Shown here: positions 11,690 to 25,483 of the stretch, piece by piece
Layout: every line of letters starts with the position of its first letter
Position numbering within the stretch: position 1 is the first letter of the stretch
Assembly: GCA_951406725.2 (NCBI GenBank)
Contig: OX597837.1
Coordinates: 22,692,001 to 22,756,000, forward strand
Direction of reading: 5' to 3'
Source: Octopus vulgaris
Lineage: Eukaryota
Length of the DNA stretch: 64,000 nt
Made by a program: the position numbers and the translations under genes
Notes under the pieces: model-generated
Database searches by the model: none
The model's input: the letters and a program-made list of their open reading frames with translations, nothing else
What the model was told of the DNA's origin: nothing

Positions 11690-14289
11690 TTGAAAAGTAT
11701 TTATATAGTATACAGACATACAGTCAACATGCATATCATTAAAAAATATTAATGCAATAAAGAAGGTAAAAAAAGGCATCCATACATACAAACATGAGGG
11801 CAGGGAACAAAAGTATATAAGATATGTAGCTAAATTACCTACACTACAGCAAGCAGCAACAATCATACATCATTCCAGGCAGCAAATAGTCTAACTTGCC
11901 ACAAGATCATGCTAAATTTATAAAGAATCTAGCATCTACATAATAATAATATCCAGTATTCAAAGAAGCAGATAACATTGATAGCTAAGTAACTTTGTGT
12001 CACACACAAATCCACAACATTTAAACAATGTACTTAATTACTATTAAATCGATAGAATTGATTTGTACCATAAGGAAAATGGTTCAAATTATTGACAGAA
12101 AATGTTCTATATAAATATTAACAAACCAAAGTATTCTGTACATTATTCCTCTTGTTTTTATTTTTCTATTAAAATCATGCTTTAAACTTTCGCTCTAGTA
12201 AAAAGGTTCATTCCCCACTTTTTAAAATAAATTATTGCTTCGTTACACATTTCAATTTCATCACAAGCTTTAAATATGTAACAATATTTGTTCATATTGT
12301 AACTCTGTCTCAACTAATTCTATTACAGATCTAACCCACAAACAAGTGGACTGGTTACTAAAAAAAAAGACACTGGTCAACTCTTAACCATTTTCTTAGA
12401 TAGCTGGAGATTTATATATATAAAATGAAACAATAATATAAATACATAAATAACTTTCAATTTTTCTACAGTGAAAAAAAAAAAAAAATTCTAAGAGAAA
12501 ATATAACAGAAATTTTTCTACAGTGGAAAAAAAAAATTCTAAAAGAAAATATAACAGATTCTTTCCCAAGTATAAAAAAATTAAAAGAAATTAAAACTGG
12601 TTAATGTGAAAGATGATTGTAAGATGATTATGCCAATCTAGAAATATAATAAAATATTTTCTATGTATCACTGTTCCATATAATTGAACACTATCAAGTT
12701 AGCTCACCAAAATATTAGAATTTAGATTTATAGAAAAAAAACAAACATGTTATTTGAAAAATATATCAAATTTATTTTTGGATTTCAAATATGGTGAGAT
12801 ACATTTTTTACACTTGTTTATTTTTGTTTCACAGTCGATATTTTATGTTTATGGTGCAAACACAGAATTCCCAATGCTAAAACTGTTCTTTATTAATTTA
12901 TTCATACTTTGTAATGAACAGTTCTTAAAATAAATAAATAAATTAAAAACACATCATTTCTTGACAAAAACCCCGCAAAAAACTCAAAAACCAAAGAAGT
13001 AAAAAAAATAAAACCCTTTATTCAACATAAACTTATAAATATTTCTGATTCATTCAGCAAAGAAAATATTAATTTTAGAATAAATTTCAAGTTGATAACT
13101 TTATTCCTATTTAATCTCAAATTTTAATATATTTTAATAATTCTAAAACCAGATCTTATATGCCACTTACACCCTCTACAAAAGAATACCAACCCCGCCC
13201 TACAAACCTCCCCACCACAAACCCTCATTTTATTCAATTCACACATCTAAAATATTTTCAGCTGACATCTTTTCTTTCTTCATCATTGAACATAAAACAT
13301 TTAGACATGTTTTTGAAGCGACACAAAATGACGCCATTCCTACATATCCAAGATGTGGTTATTTATCATCCACCCCATGCCACCCCACTTAACTTGTTCT
13401 GTTTGAGCTTTAACAAATCCAAATGTAACGCATTAAAAAGACACGAGGGGAGGAGAAGAGCTAGAGTAACTATTGACAACTAATCTTACGGGAAGGAATC
13501 TATTGGAAGATGGTACAACACTGCGAGGTTCTATTTTATTACAGTTTCACTGTAATAAATTGGTGGCATTAAAATTTATAAAACTTAGAATAATTTCAGT
13601 TTTCAGAAATTACGCAACAATATAATCATATTACAGTCAAGTTAGACAACATAGTTATACTACATGGTAGTTCAACTATAATCTAGCTACATTATACAAT
13701 ACTATATTCTAGACATGGTATACAGTAGTATTGTTATATAATAATACAGTCTAGTTATACTAGTCCAGTTAGATATACTACAATCTAGAGTTTTCTGCAA
13801 TTTATATCTTGGCAAGTTATACAAAACCTAATTATATTATGCTATAATCTAGATATACTACAGCATCTGTCTGTCTAGCTATCTCTCTATATACACAAGT
13901 TGAGGGAGTGGAGCAGGTAAAATCCAGGTTACATATGTTTCATAGCTAGCAGATCTTCTGATGTAATAATTACTAAACAAGGAGTACTCAGCTCGCTACT
14001 AATTGAGTTGAAGATACCTTAATTAAATGAAGGTTACATTGTCATTAAGGATTTCCAAGTTAACTTGCCAAAGATATAATTCTTATTTGCATTCACAGCA
14101 ACTGAAGTAGCTAACTGAACTATAAAAAATTTTTCCAGCTAATTGAACTTTGATATGGGAAAAGCTTACAACCCTCACCAATAAATTATTATTGTTCCTG
14201 AATGCTGCTTATTAATACTCACCAAGGACTGCTCGAAACTCAAACTTCCTATTCTTAGGTCCTTGGATCTTATAATTACATACCAATAT

Positions 14290-15590
14290 ATATGGAAAAT
14301 GCATACAGATCAAGTCCTCATACCCTCATATATGCAGCCCTTGACTGCTATAATATTTCCCCACATATTAAGGGAATAATCAGCAGTTACTTTGGAGGCA
14401 TCCAGTTATGTTTCAGAAAAGCCTGTTTTACAACTCAGTGGCAAGACCTTGAGAAAACTGGTTGCACAATTTCTCCTATTCTTTTCACCATGGCTATGAA
14501 TCTTCTCATATCAACTGCTGATAGAGAAACCCAAGGACCAACAATGGAATCAGGCAGCTGTCAGCACCCAATAAGGGGCTTCATGGATGATATTACAGTA
14601 ACAACTACAACTCATGTGGATGCAGAAAGGGGTGCTGACTTCACTTGAACACATAGCAACATGGGCAAGAGTGAGGCTTAAGCCCCCAAAAGAGGAGCAT
14701 GATGATCAGGGAGGACAAAGTAACCAACAAAATCAGGCTGCAAGTGCAAGGAGAGGCCTTTCCATCAAAAGAGGAAAATTCAATTAAATGCCTCAGAAAA
14801 ATGTTTGGAAAGTCGTTCTCAGACAGAAGCAATGTTACCAATATTGTGAAGCAAGCAGAGGAGTGGCTGAGGAGGAATGATAGATCAGGGCTTCCAGGAA
14901 AGTATAGGGTATGACTCCACCAACATGAACTGCTTCCAAGACTCATATGGTTATTGATGCTGTATGATGTTCCAACGGTAAGTGTGGAAAGTGTGGAGAA
15001 GAAGGCAAATAAATACCTCCGAAGATGGCTAGGTGTTCCCCCAAGCTTCACTTCAATAGTTCTGTACATAAGATCAGGACAGCTACAACTTCCCTGTCAT
15101 CAGTAGTGGAGGAATTTAAAGTAGCAAAATGTAATGCAATGATGTACAGTCTCGAAGGAAAGTTTGTCAGATATGTAGGTATTACAAGGTCTGGGTGCTA
15201 GTGGGTAACTAGCACTACAGTCGCTCAGGCTGCAGGCATGCTGGAGGACTTTGTGGAGAAAGGGGCATTCTGGCACACATCTTGGCAGGGTGCAGAATAT
15301 CACTTTTCAAAGCAGATATAAATGGTGCCATGATAGGGTGCTTGCAACACTTGCTCATACCCTGGAGTATGAAATGCACAAGAGACATCATCATCAGGGG
15401 AAGGCAATAGCAGCAATTCACCATGGGATATGAAAGTGGACCCAGAGGTAGAGATTGCAGTCTCCCCCACATGTGGCCCTGTGGTCTGAAAGAGCCAAGA
15501 AAATTATCATAATTGAATGCAGTTCCGTGGGAAGTGGGGTGTGATGAGGCCCATGAATGGAAGCATGCCAGATATGAGAGCCTTCAACAG
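14290..15590 (+). mobile_element. Decayed RT plus REL non-LTR retrotransposon (Hero/R2-like)
   Basis: GCTISPILFTMAMNL and PIRGFMDD (RT), LPGKY..LLPRLIWLL, RYKWCHDRVL; frameshifted and internally deleted. Confidence 0.82.
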
Positions 15591-18162
15591 GTACTTATTT
15601 TATCGAGCCCAAAATGATGAAAGGCAAAGTCAACCCTAGAGGAATTTGAACTCAGAATGTAAAGACAGATGAAATGCCACAAAGCATTATGCCTGGTGCC
15701 TAACAATTCTGCCAGCTTACCACTTTACAGACTAGTAATATTGACTAACATTGGCATTAAGTAACATATTCTGGGGAAGTTTATAAGGCATGTTAAATGA
15801 CTTAGTATCTGATTAGTGGTTTGCATTTTTTTCTTCTACATTTGTTCTCTCACATTTTGAATCACAAAGATTCTTTGGTATCCATTCTGTTTTAGTTTAC
15901 CAACTATTGAAAAGGTGATAGAATTTGTAAAATAAGTTAAGAACATGAATTTAATTTGCTAATTTTAATTGTGTTTCTTTTCCCAACTTACATTACGAGG
16001 GGCTGCATTGAATTTGAGTTATTTTTCTTACTTTGCAAAAGATTCAGCTGCTTTTTGTATCAGGTAAAGCAATAACATAGATGTTACTTGATCTTTTGCA
16101 GCTGGTTTGGATTTACCATTCCTCTATCTTAGACCATGTGCTTCTTATGCTCTTTGATTCTAACTTAGATAAGATGAGTTCTAGATTCAGTGTTGTACCA
16201 ATGAGGGATGGAAATTATCTAGCATTTATTCTACGTAAAGGTAGGATGAGTCACTAAAATACAATAAAATAAGTTAACAAACAGGAGTTCACTTACTTGA
16301 GTGTCCTATAGATGGCAGATGAAAAGTTTAGAAAGAAAAAAAATGCAAGTTACCATTGGAAAGTTAAAGATTTTTATTTTTGGCAACTACCAGGATTCAA
16401 CATGGGATCTTAGGCCAACAATACTGTTGGGATATTTCTGTATATTTGTTTTCCTCTCATAAAACAAGCCATAATTTCAGGCTGAGTTCCCAGTGAATAA
16501 GCAACCATGTTATAATCCAGGAAAGAAATGCTATAAAATGACCAACTTTGGCATAATATTTTTAAGTGCCACTGAAGAGAATTAAGTGAAAACTAAGGGA
16601 GAAAAATAAATATTCTTAGAAAAATACTGAGTGTAATTAAAACTGTTGTCTCATCTATTTGTTTCATAGATTTAATGTAATTTTATTTACATGCTTTTAA
16701 GTAAATTTAAATAGGATTTAAAATTTATGATAAAAGATAAAACCAGACTCAGCCATTTATTAGGTTAAAAAAAACTTTTAAATTGATAAAGTTAAAACTT
16801 CAAAATGTAGCTAAATATATTTTAATGAAAATCAAATGATTATGAAGAAGAGAAAAATTTTAAATTAGAAACAGATCATTGAATAAGTTCATTTGGAATT
16901 TTAAGTAGAAAATTTTTATGAATGAAAGTTAAAATAGACAATTCTGTAAATTGAATTATTATGGTAATAAGCAATTAATGAGCTATCTAAAGACTTAGTT
17001 TGTGATAAATGAAACCAAATCAAATGAAGAACATAGTCCAAAGTTGAGTTGATGGGAAGACAAGAAGTGTTGGGATTAGATTGGCTTTGGTGCAATCAAT
17101 GTAGTGTGATTTCTTTAGGTTTACAACAAGAATGGAAAGTTAATGAGGGATGGGAAGAGGTATTGCTGCAGAAGGAAGTTTAAGTGTAATTGGTGTGAAG
17201 TGTTGGGAGAAAGATGGCAGAAGAGCCGCTAAAGCAGTGTGTCAATTCAAATGAAAGATATGTGTAAATTGAAGAGCTGTGGTGGAGGATTATGTAAGAG
17301 GAACATAAAGTTGGTGTTTGGTGATGGTGACAGATGTTAGTGAGAAAGGGAATGTATCAATCAGTACAGACATAGTAATAATAATAATAATAATAATAAT
17401 AGTAATCATAGCAACAACACTATATATACTTAAAGACATTGATTTCATTAAACAAAATGAGACAAAGTTAAAGGTTTTAGAAATCGGAAGAAAAAATTCA
17501 ATTCTACTTCTTTCTTTAGAAAAATGAAAGCATTATAGATTTAACAGACCTACCATATGTCTGGTAGAAGGTTTAGAGTCAATGGGTAGATTAGACAGAA
17601 AACAGTGAGTGAATGGTAATGATGAATGAAAGCAAAAGAAAAGCAACTGAAACTGTAGTCTAAGAACAACATGTGGAGGTTTCAAGATAGAAATTTCAAT
17701 TTTATCTGAAATATTTTTCTGGCAACAATTATAAAAAAAATCAAAAAAGGGGAAAAAAAAAATCATTGAATATAAATCTAAATTATTAAAAAGAAAACTA
17801 AACAATTTTAATAGATTTCAGAAACAAGAGAGCAGGTGGGTTAATTTGTAATGGAGTTGAATGAAATATAATTTCATAATTACGAAATAGTAATTATAGA
17901 TTCTCTGTAGAATATTTAGCTTAATTACAACTTAAATACATGGACAGATGTTTATAGGAGCAAAGGATAAGAGTATGTAGCATTTATGATCTTCTCAAGG
18001 GTATTAGTGATACTGCACTAAAAGAACCCTTTAAGTGCTAATCTTAAGATATCTTGCAACAACTAAAAGTAAATAAATAAGTTTAAGAACTAAAAGAGAC
18101 AACAGAACTAAATTAGCTATATAAAATAAATCACTAAACTTGGTCAAAATATGTCACTTTTA

Positions 18163-19429
18163 ATCCTTTACCATTCAAACTGACCATATCCAGCCTAAAT
18201 ATTCTACTGATTTTTATGTTCAAACTGGTCAAATATGGCCAAAATATTCCTGTCCTATAATGTCATTTTAAAAATAAGCAAGCACACCATGAATAACTCT
18301 TACCTACAAGATAATGCATGAATAATCCAAAACAGTGTGAATGAATAAGCATTACATTTGAGAGAGTAACCTGAATGCTAAAGCTTAATCCGTTAGCATT
18401 TAAACTGGCCACATCTGGCCCAAATATTCTGCTTGTTTTATGTTCAAACTCGCCATATCTGGCTTCTTGCACCTACCCTACAATGTCATTCGAAAAATAA
18501 ATAATCACGTCATCAAAATCTCAAAGCTATGACATGCACTCCATTGGTGACAATGATGATGGTTCCAGTCGAGCCAGTCAACGGAACAGCCCGCTCGTGA
18601 AATTAACATGCAAGTGACTGAGCACTCCCCAAACACATGTGCCCTTAAGGTACTTCTCAGAGAGATTCAACATGACACAAAATCTGACAAGGCCGGCCTT
18701 TTTGAATTATAAGTACTACTCATTTTTACCAATTGAGTGGACAGAAGCAACATGAAATAAAGCATCTTGCTCGAAGATACAACATGTTGCCATGTATTGA
18801 ACTCATGACCCTATGATCGTGAGCTGAATACCCTAACCACTAAACCACAAGCCTTCTATGAGATAATGCATGATTAACTCAAAACAATGCAGATAAATAA
18901 GTATTACATCTGACAGTAATCTGGATAATAAAGGATTAAAGCTCTACTTCACTGCTTAAGTTCTGCCAACCCCACACCTTAGATTGGTACATTGTATCTT
19001 TTTTTTATCAACCAGGCAAAATTGACTTTGGTGAGATTTGAACTCACAGTGCTGAGATTTTGAATAAAAACTGATGCTCTAATGACTCAGCCAACCTGTT
19101 GCATGTTCTAATAAATATTTCAAATGAATAGTAAAATGACAAAAAATTATTATTAAGGTAGTTTTTGTGATAAGTCTAAAAGAAGATTCTTACCTAAAAT
19201 CCTGTTTTAACTCTTTAGCATTCAGATTCTTCTGCCAATTGTAATGTGCATTCATTCACTTTGCTTTAAATTAATCATGCATTATCTTGTAGCTTCGAGA
19301 TTTTGATGATATGATTGTTTTTCTTTTTGGAATGATATTGTAGGGTAGACACGAGAAGCCAGATCTGGCTGGTTTGAACATAAAACAAGAATATTTGGGC
19401 TCCATATGGCTAGCGTAAAAGCTAAAGGG
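18163..19429. mobile_element. Cluster of three TTAA-flanked piggyBac-like MITE copies (about 18163-18385, 18388-18936 with a SINE insert, 19211-19429 inverted)
   Basis: Shared internal sequence, TTAA flanks and CCCTTTAGCATT-like termini; related copies near 60025 and 63790. Confidence 0.65.
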
Positions 19430-22334
19430 TTAATTTGAAAACTGAGAAGTTAAGTATCTTAGAACAAGGGGTAGTCTTAGATGGATTGGTATCAAAAGTT
19501 TTAAAATGATTTCAAGACACTAACTTGAGCTAAAGTAAATTTTATTTGGGACTTATTCTTAAATGGTGCAGGAATTTTATAAGCTGAATTAAGATGATTT
19601 CTTTAAATCAAAGAAGATTAACAGAAAAGCAACAGATAAAGTCGTTTTAATTTAGACTTACAAAAAAACAAAAACTTAATGACTTTTAAAAAAATTATTC
19701 TATTTCATTAAGGCATAGCTGTGTGGTAAGAAGTTTGCTTCCCAACCACATGGTTCCAGGTTCAGTCCCAATGTGAAGAACCTTGGGTAAGTGTCTTCTA
19801 CTATAGCTCTGATCTGATCAAAGCCTTTTGAAAGGATTTGACAGACAGAAACTGAAAGAGGCCTGTCGTGCATATATATATATATATCTGTGAGTAAATG
19901 CCTTTGTGTCTGTTCCCCACCACCACTTTGCAACTGATGTTGGTTTGTTTACGTCCCAGTAACTTAGCAGTTTTGGCATAAGAGGCTGATAGAATAAATA
20001 CCAGGCTTAAAAAGAAAAGAGAAAAGTATGCCCCAGCATGGCCACAGTCCAATGACTGGAACAAGCAAAGATAAAAGAAAGAATATTTAAGATTGTTACT
20101 TTCTCCAGTATTTGAAAACACCTACAGCATATAGGTAATTAGAGGTGATTTGAAAACAATAATCAATTATATAAGACACATTAGAGATAGGATGGAATAA
20201 TACCAAGGAAGGAAAAAAAAAGATTCAGTTACAATTATGTCTAGGATGGTCTTGTCTTTGAAATAAATCTTTTATCATCATCAAAAATATCCTTTATTTT
20301 TAAAAAAATTAATTTTTTTGAGAATGTTATTTCTCTACTAATTCAAAGAAATAATTAAACAGTTTATACTAAGTTAACAAAGCACAATTTAGCAATATTT
20401 ATGCCTGAATCGATATTGTAGAGTATAACATTGGATTTAGCATACAAGTAAACAGAAAAAAGATTGATAAAAATTAGGGACGATCCTCCAGGACAATGCC
20501 TTAGGGACATCTGAGGTAATACCTTTCCTATTTTGTCAGGAAATTGAGAGAATATAAGAATTTTGTAGCTTACTCCATGAACAATAAACTTAATTTCAAA
20601 TATGTAAAAATAATAGAAAAAAAAAAAGAGAAAAAAAGGGGAAGAAATTTTTCAAGAATACAAAAGTCCTTTTTTTTATGTGGAGTGAGGTACTGGTGTG
20701 AACACCATAGTGGAGGAAGTACAGATTCAAGGTCAAGTTTATTTTTTTGTTTGAAGTAAAGAAAAGAAATGCTTTTTTCCCCACTTGCAAATAATAAAAG
20801 CCTACAACCTTTGAAGATTGGTCATATGTGAGAGAGGCTGATAAAATGTGGAAGAAGCTGGCACAGTGTGTAAGAGGTTGGCAAAATATGACAAAGGCTT
20901 GTAACAATGTGATAGAGATCAGTAAAATGTGACAAAAATCAGTCCACTGAAATAGGAGATGGCACTATGTAATTCAACTAATTAATATATAACTAATTGG
21001 CCGAAGTTGGTGCTGAGCTGGCATGAACCATTCCGTACACCATTCTATCTCAGGTGTCTAGATTTAAAGTACAGCTGAATGGAACAAAGGATGAAAAAAG
21101 TGTAATATTTGTATTTTATAACTTGCATTAATTCAGCTGATAGCTCAAGGATTTATAACTTAGATGAGTTCAGCTAAAAGAAGTGAATTTTATAACAGTT
21201 GATAACTTTGTTCTGTAACTTGTAGAATAGTGGCTCAAAGGATGTTCCACATACCTCAAAACCTTGGAATTCCCAAACCAGGGCTCCACAATGCAGTTTA
21301 AAGTCAAACCCAGCTGTACTCTGACCTGGAGTAATAGCACCTGTCAGGGTCCCAGCTAAGGGTTAATTAGAACATTAAGGCTTGCCTGTCTATGCATGTG
21401 AAGGATGGATCTGGTGGGCTTTGCAGAAAAAAACTTTCATGGTCCAGCAACCTGGGCTTGCCACTGGTTTGAAGATGGTCAAGGAGGAGACACCACATAA
21501 ATCTTGAGTCCTTATGAGACTAAATGGCCCTTGTCACTTCAAGCGATGAACATGCATAACTTATACCAATTAGTTCAGCTGATAGCAACAGCTGAATTAA
21601 TTGATGTAAGTTCTCACAGCCAATGTTTATCTGGAACATTTTATAGGCTGACAGAAGTTTAGTGCTCAACAATAATAGAACTGTATAACAAAACTGCTAT
21701 GCAAATATCTTATGATCTTTTGTATAAAATACAGAACTAAGATTTTTCACGCAGGTATGACATTTATGATGAATTGCAAGGTGGAAAATAGAAATGGTGA
21801 AATTGAAGCTCTACCATAATTAGATCATAAAGTGTTTGTTGAGAAGTATGTGTCCTACAAGAAACAAACACAGCCAAATTTATTCTCAACCCAATCAAAA
21901 TTAAATTGATAGCTACCAACCTACAACGTTAGAAACCAGGTGCTCTTGCATGGCCTCAGCCCCTGGCTGAAACCAGTAACAGAATAAAAGTGAAAATAAA
22001 GGAATCTGCAATGTTATTTTAAATTACATAACATATAACACACTAGAATTATAAGAGGAAAATAATCTGAAGTTGGAATGTTCAAGAAGTTCAAGATGGT
22101 ATTGAAGTAACATCAAAAACTTTGCTCTGTAGGAAGATGAGACAACCTCTATTCTACAGAGGAAACAAGAAGACCTGAGCCCCACAATAGCATCATAGTT
22201 GTTACAATGCAAACTAACCAGCTGTGACAAGAAATTACCACAAATTATATCAGAAATGACGAAAAAAAATACTTTCAAAAAAATCCTTTTTGAAGTCCCA
22301 TTTATTATAAATAATAATAATAATAATAATAATG

Positions 22335-22392
<58 letters not shown>

Positions 22393-22727
22393 ATGCATTG
22401 AATGTATGGTTTCAGATATTGTACCAACATACTTACCTAGACAAACATATGTGGGTTTTATTTTTAATATACTCACCAAAATATTTTGTTTATGCCATCT
22501 GATGTCAACGTATTCCAAAAAAGGATATACCCACACGCCATGGTACTATTATTTTATAATTATTATTATTTTTTTACCATTAACACAGCAAAATAACTAA
22601 TTAAAGATAACAATCACCAGGCCATTGATTAAAAAAAAATAATGTTTAAAATCAAATCAATAAATAAAAAGATATGATACATAAAAAAAAAAGAACACCA
22701 CAAGATTATCTCAAGACTGTTCCATAC

Positions 22728-22750
22728 CATCGTTTGGTTTACAGAAAGAG
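22728..22750 (-). CDS. Candidate tomosyn microexon M2 (23 nt, phase 2 to 1)
   Basis: Acceptor actttcag, donor ATG|GTATGG. Reads (N)SFCKPND; 28+23=51 nt keeps frame between exon A or B and exon 1466. Confidence 0.35.
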
Positions 22751-22847
22751 CTGAAAGTTGGTAATATAAAATGAGAAGGCCAAGAGAGACTGAAGAAAAA
22801 TCCCAAGGGGACCCAATAGAGGTTATTTTATTATTTAAACCTCTTAC

Positions 22848-22875
22848 TTTGTTAGAATGTAACTGGTGTGGGATT
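22848..22875 (-). CDS. Candidate tomosyn microexon M1 (28 nt, phase 1 to 2)
   Basis: Branch-like CACTAAT and a pyrimidine tract lead to the first AG (ctgcaag); donor GTAAGA. Reads (E)SHTSYILT. Confidence 0.38.
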
Positions 22876-23959
22876 CTTGCAGAAGGAGAAGTGGAGATGG
22901 GGGACGGGGATTAGTGAAGTCACACAAAGCTAAATAATCATAAACAAACAAGTAGAAATCCATTCCAATGAAGAGATTTAGCAGAGAATATTCTGTTCAT
23001 GAGGACTTTCATTTTAAAAATCGTTTTTTGATTTTTCTTAACTGGTTTAGTCAGGAAGGAGGTAGAGTTTGAATTTCAACAGCTGTAAATCTTTGCTGGA
23101 GGTTGAGAAATTGTGGATAGGGACGGAATCCAGGAGAGAGTGTAAGTTTTAGGCAAAGTCCTTAGTGTAGGGACTAGAAGGAGTGAGATTATAGTGGGTT
23201 AATGAGAACAGGAGAGACAAGTGTGTTTTGTTGGCCCCTTTTACCTTATCACTCACAAGATATTCAATTAGAAAAGGAATAAAAGAAATAGATTTTTTGA
23301 TATAATCAGAGTCTGATTATATATACATACTCACACACATAGGTTTAGTAGAAGAAACAGGAAAAACAAAGCTCAATATATGTGCTGAGTGTGTGTGTGT
23401 GCATGTGTATGTATGTGTGTATATATACATACATACATTATATATATAATGTATTTATATATATATGTATGTATTATTTTTAAACAATTATGTTGTTGAC
23501 AGTGACTTTGAAGTTTTGGCCAGCTGAGCCATCATTTGCTGATGGCTTAGCAAGCTGAAACTTCGACGTCACTACCAACAACATTCTTGTTTAAGAATAA
23601 CAAATTTGTACTCTACAAAAGTATAGAGTAACCCATCAGATTAATGTAAAATTGTTTGCATTATAACTCAACATGAAAAAAAACCATTAAAATATATATA
23701 TATATACATACATGCATGTATATGTATATATATGTGTGTATATATATATACATGCACACAAATATACATGCATATATACACAAGCACACACATATATGGC
23801 CATGCAATATATTAGTGCTTATGGAATATATAAATGGTTAGAATGTTACCATTGATTTTATGCTGACCATTGTACCTAAGCAATATTGACAAGTCTGAAT
23901 ATATGAGCCAGAAGTGCATAACCACTTTTACATCTAAATGAAAGGCTGTCACATATCAA

Positions 23960-25420
23960 CACAGCTTCCTTACACTTGTTTACAGTGTTTAAAAACCTTG
24001 TAAAGAATGTCAGTAAGAGGATCTTGAATCTACCCTCTAATATAGTGGCCTACAGCTATAACAAGGCTCTGGCAGCTAGTATTTTTAAAAGCCATATAAC
24101 ATATGCCCAGCTGTAACACCTACAAGAGAAAAACACTATGGAAAAGTCATGTGGGTCTCCTCTACTCAATACCAAAAAGCTTGAGAAAAGCCTTCTTTAG
24201 ATTAGTGAATATGCATTTTACACAGGATCATAGGTATAGGAAAATGTTCAATAAACATAACTCAAGGGTTTCATTCAGCAGTGCACCTCACATGAAAATA
24301 TAGTTAGTATCCCAATGCTGTGGACAAAGACAGGATGCTCATGTAGAGTGCCTAGTAAATGGTCAATGCAACACAGAAGCAGTGATCTACAAAGCAGAAG
24401 TGGTGTTGACCAACAGTAATGATGTGACATATATTAAGGCAATGGATGACCCCTTTAAGGCTAAGATAAATAATCGCAGATCCTCTTAGAATCCAATGAA
24501 GTGCTATGCTACAATACTAGCCAGCTAAATATAACAGTTAAAAGAGGAAGCAACGCCATACAAAATCAACTGGAAGTTGCTGGAATGTTCAGAGTCATAG
24601 CTGAATGGAAGTAGATGCAGCTTATGCTTGGCAGAGAAAAGAATTATGTGAAAAAATTCATATTATCTAGGCGAAGGCACGTGGCTTAGTGGTTAGGGCA
24701 TTCGGCTCATGATCGTAAGGTTGTGAGTTCGATTCCCGGCGACATGTTGTGTCCTTGAGCAAGACACTTTATTTCACGTTGCTCCAGTCCACTCAGCTGG
24801 CAAAAATGAGTTGTACTTGTATTTCAAAGGGTCAGCCTTGTCACTCTCTGTGTCACGCTGATTATCCCCGAGAACTACGTTAAGGGTACACGTGTCTGTG
24901 GAATGCTCAGCCATTTGCATGTTAATTTCACGAGCAAGCTGTTCCGTTGATCGTATCAACTGGGACCCTCGTCGTCGTAACCGGCGGAGTCTTTTTTTTT
25001 AATTCATAAATAGATATAACCAAGATGAATTTACACTCATTAAGACAGTATCCAAAAATTAGGGAATGATATATACACAAACACAGCTTACAAGCTTCAT
25101 CCATGGCTAACAATATTCCAGGGGAAATAACTCTTTTTCACCCCTTCCCCATGAAAATGATATTGTTTTTTTACAATGTTTTGCTTCACTTCTTTTCAAC
25201 ACTACTGAACCAGTCTAGAGCTTATGCACTCCCAGCATCAACGAGGGTATGCAATTCTGGCCAGTATGTCTGAAGAGTCATCAATATTGCCTAGTTGCAA
25301 CAGGTGACTTGAAACTGATAGTATCTTGCTAACCATTTATATACAATAACCAGTATACCGCTTGACAATATATAAAAACAGAACTGCACTTTTACTTATA
25401 TTGAGTATGCTTTTTCCTGA
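23960..25420 (+). mobile_element. Decayed Penelope-like element 3' part (GIY-YIG region), interrupted by a SINE
   Basis: Fragments such as CLVNGQCNTEAVIYKAEV, YKINWKLL and GSRCSLCLAEK. A hammerhead-like core CTGAAGA..GAAAC lies at 25270-25315. Confidence 0.7.
24669..24991 (+). mobile_element. tRNA-derived SINE (family III; copies near 18537-, 32272+, 41270-, 50156+)
   Basis: GTGGCTTAGTGGTTAGG...GAGTTCGATTCCC head followed by a GTGTCCTTGAGCAAGACACTT central domain. Confidence 0.85.
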
Positions 25421-25441
25421 CTTATGGACAACTAATTGATC

Positions 25442-25483
<42 letters not shown>

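Noticed and set aside
12460-12560. ~50-bp tandem duplication (also 42542-42646)
   Set aside because: Ordinary local slippage duplications with no functional signal.
24669-24745. tRNA-like sequence (also 1170-1243, 32272, 50156, 56740)
   Set aside because: These are SINE heads continuing into shared SINE bodies, without a complete cloverleaf.
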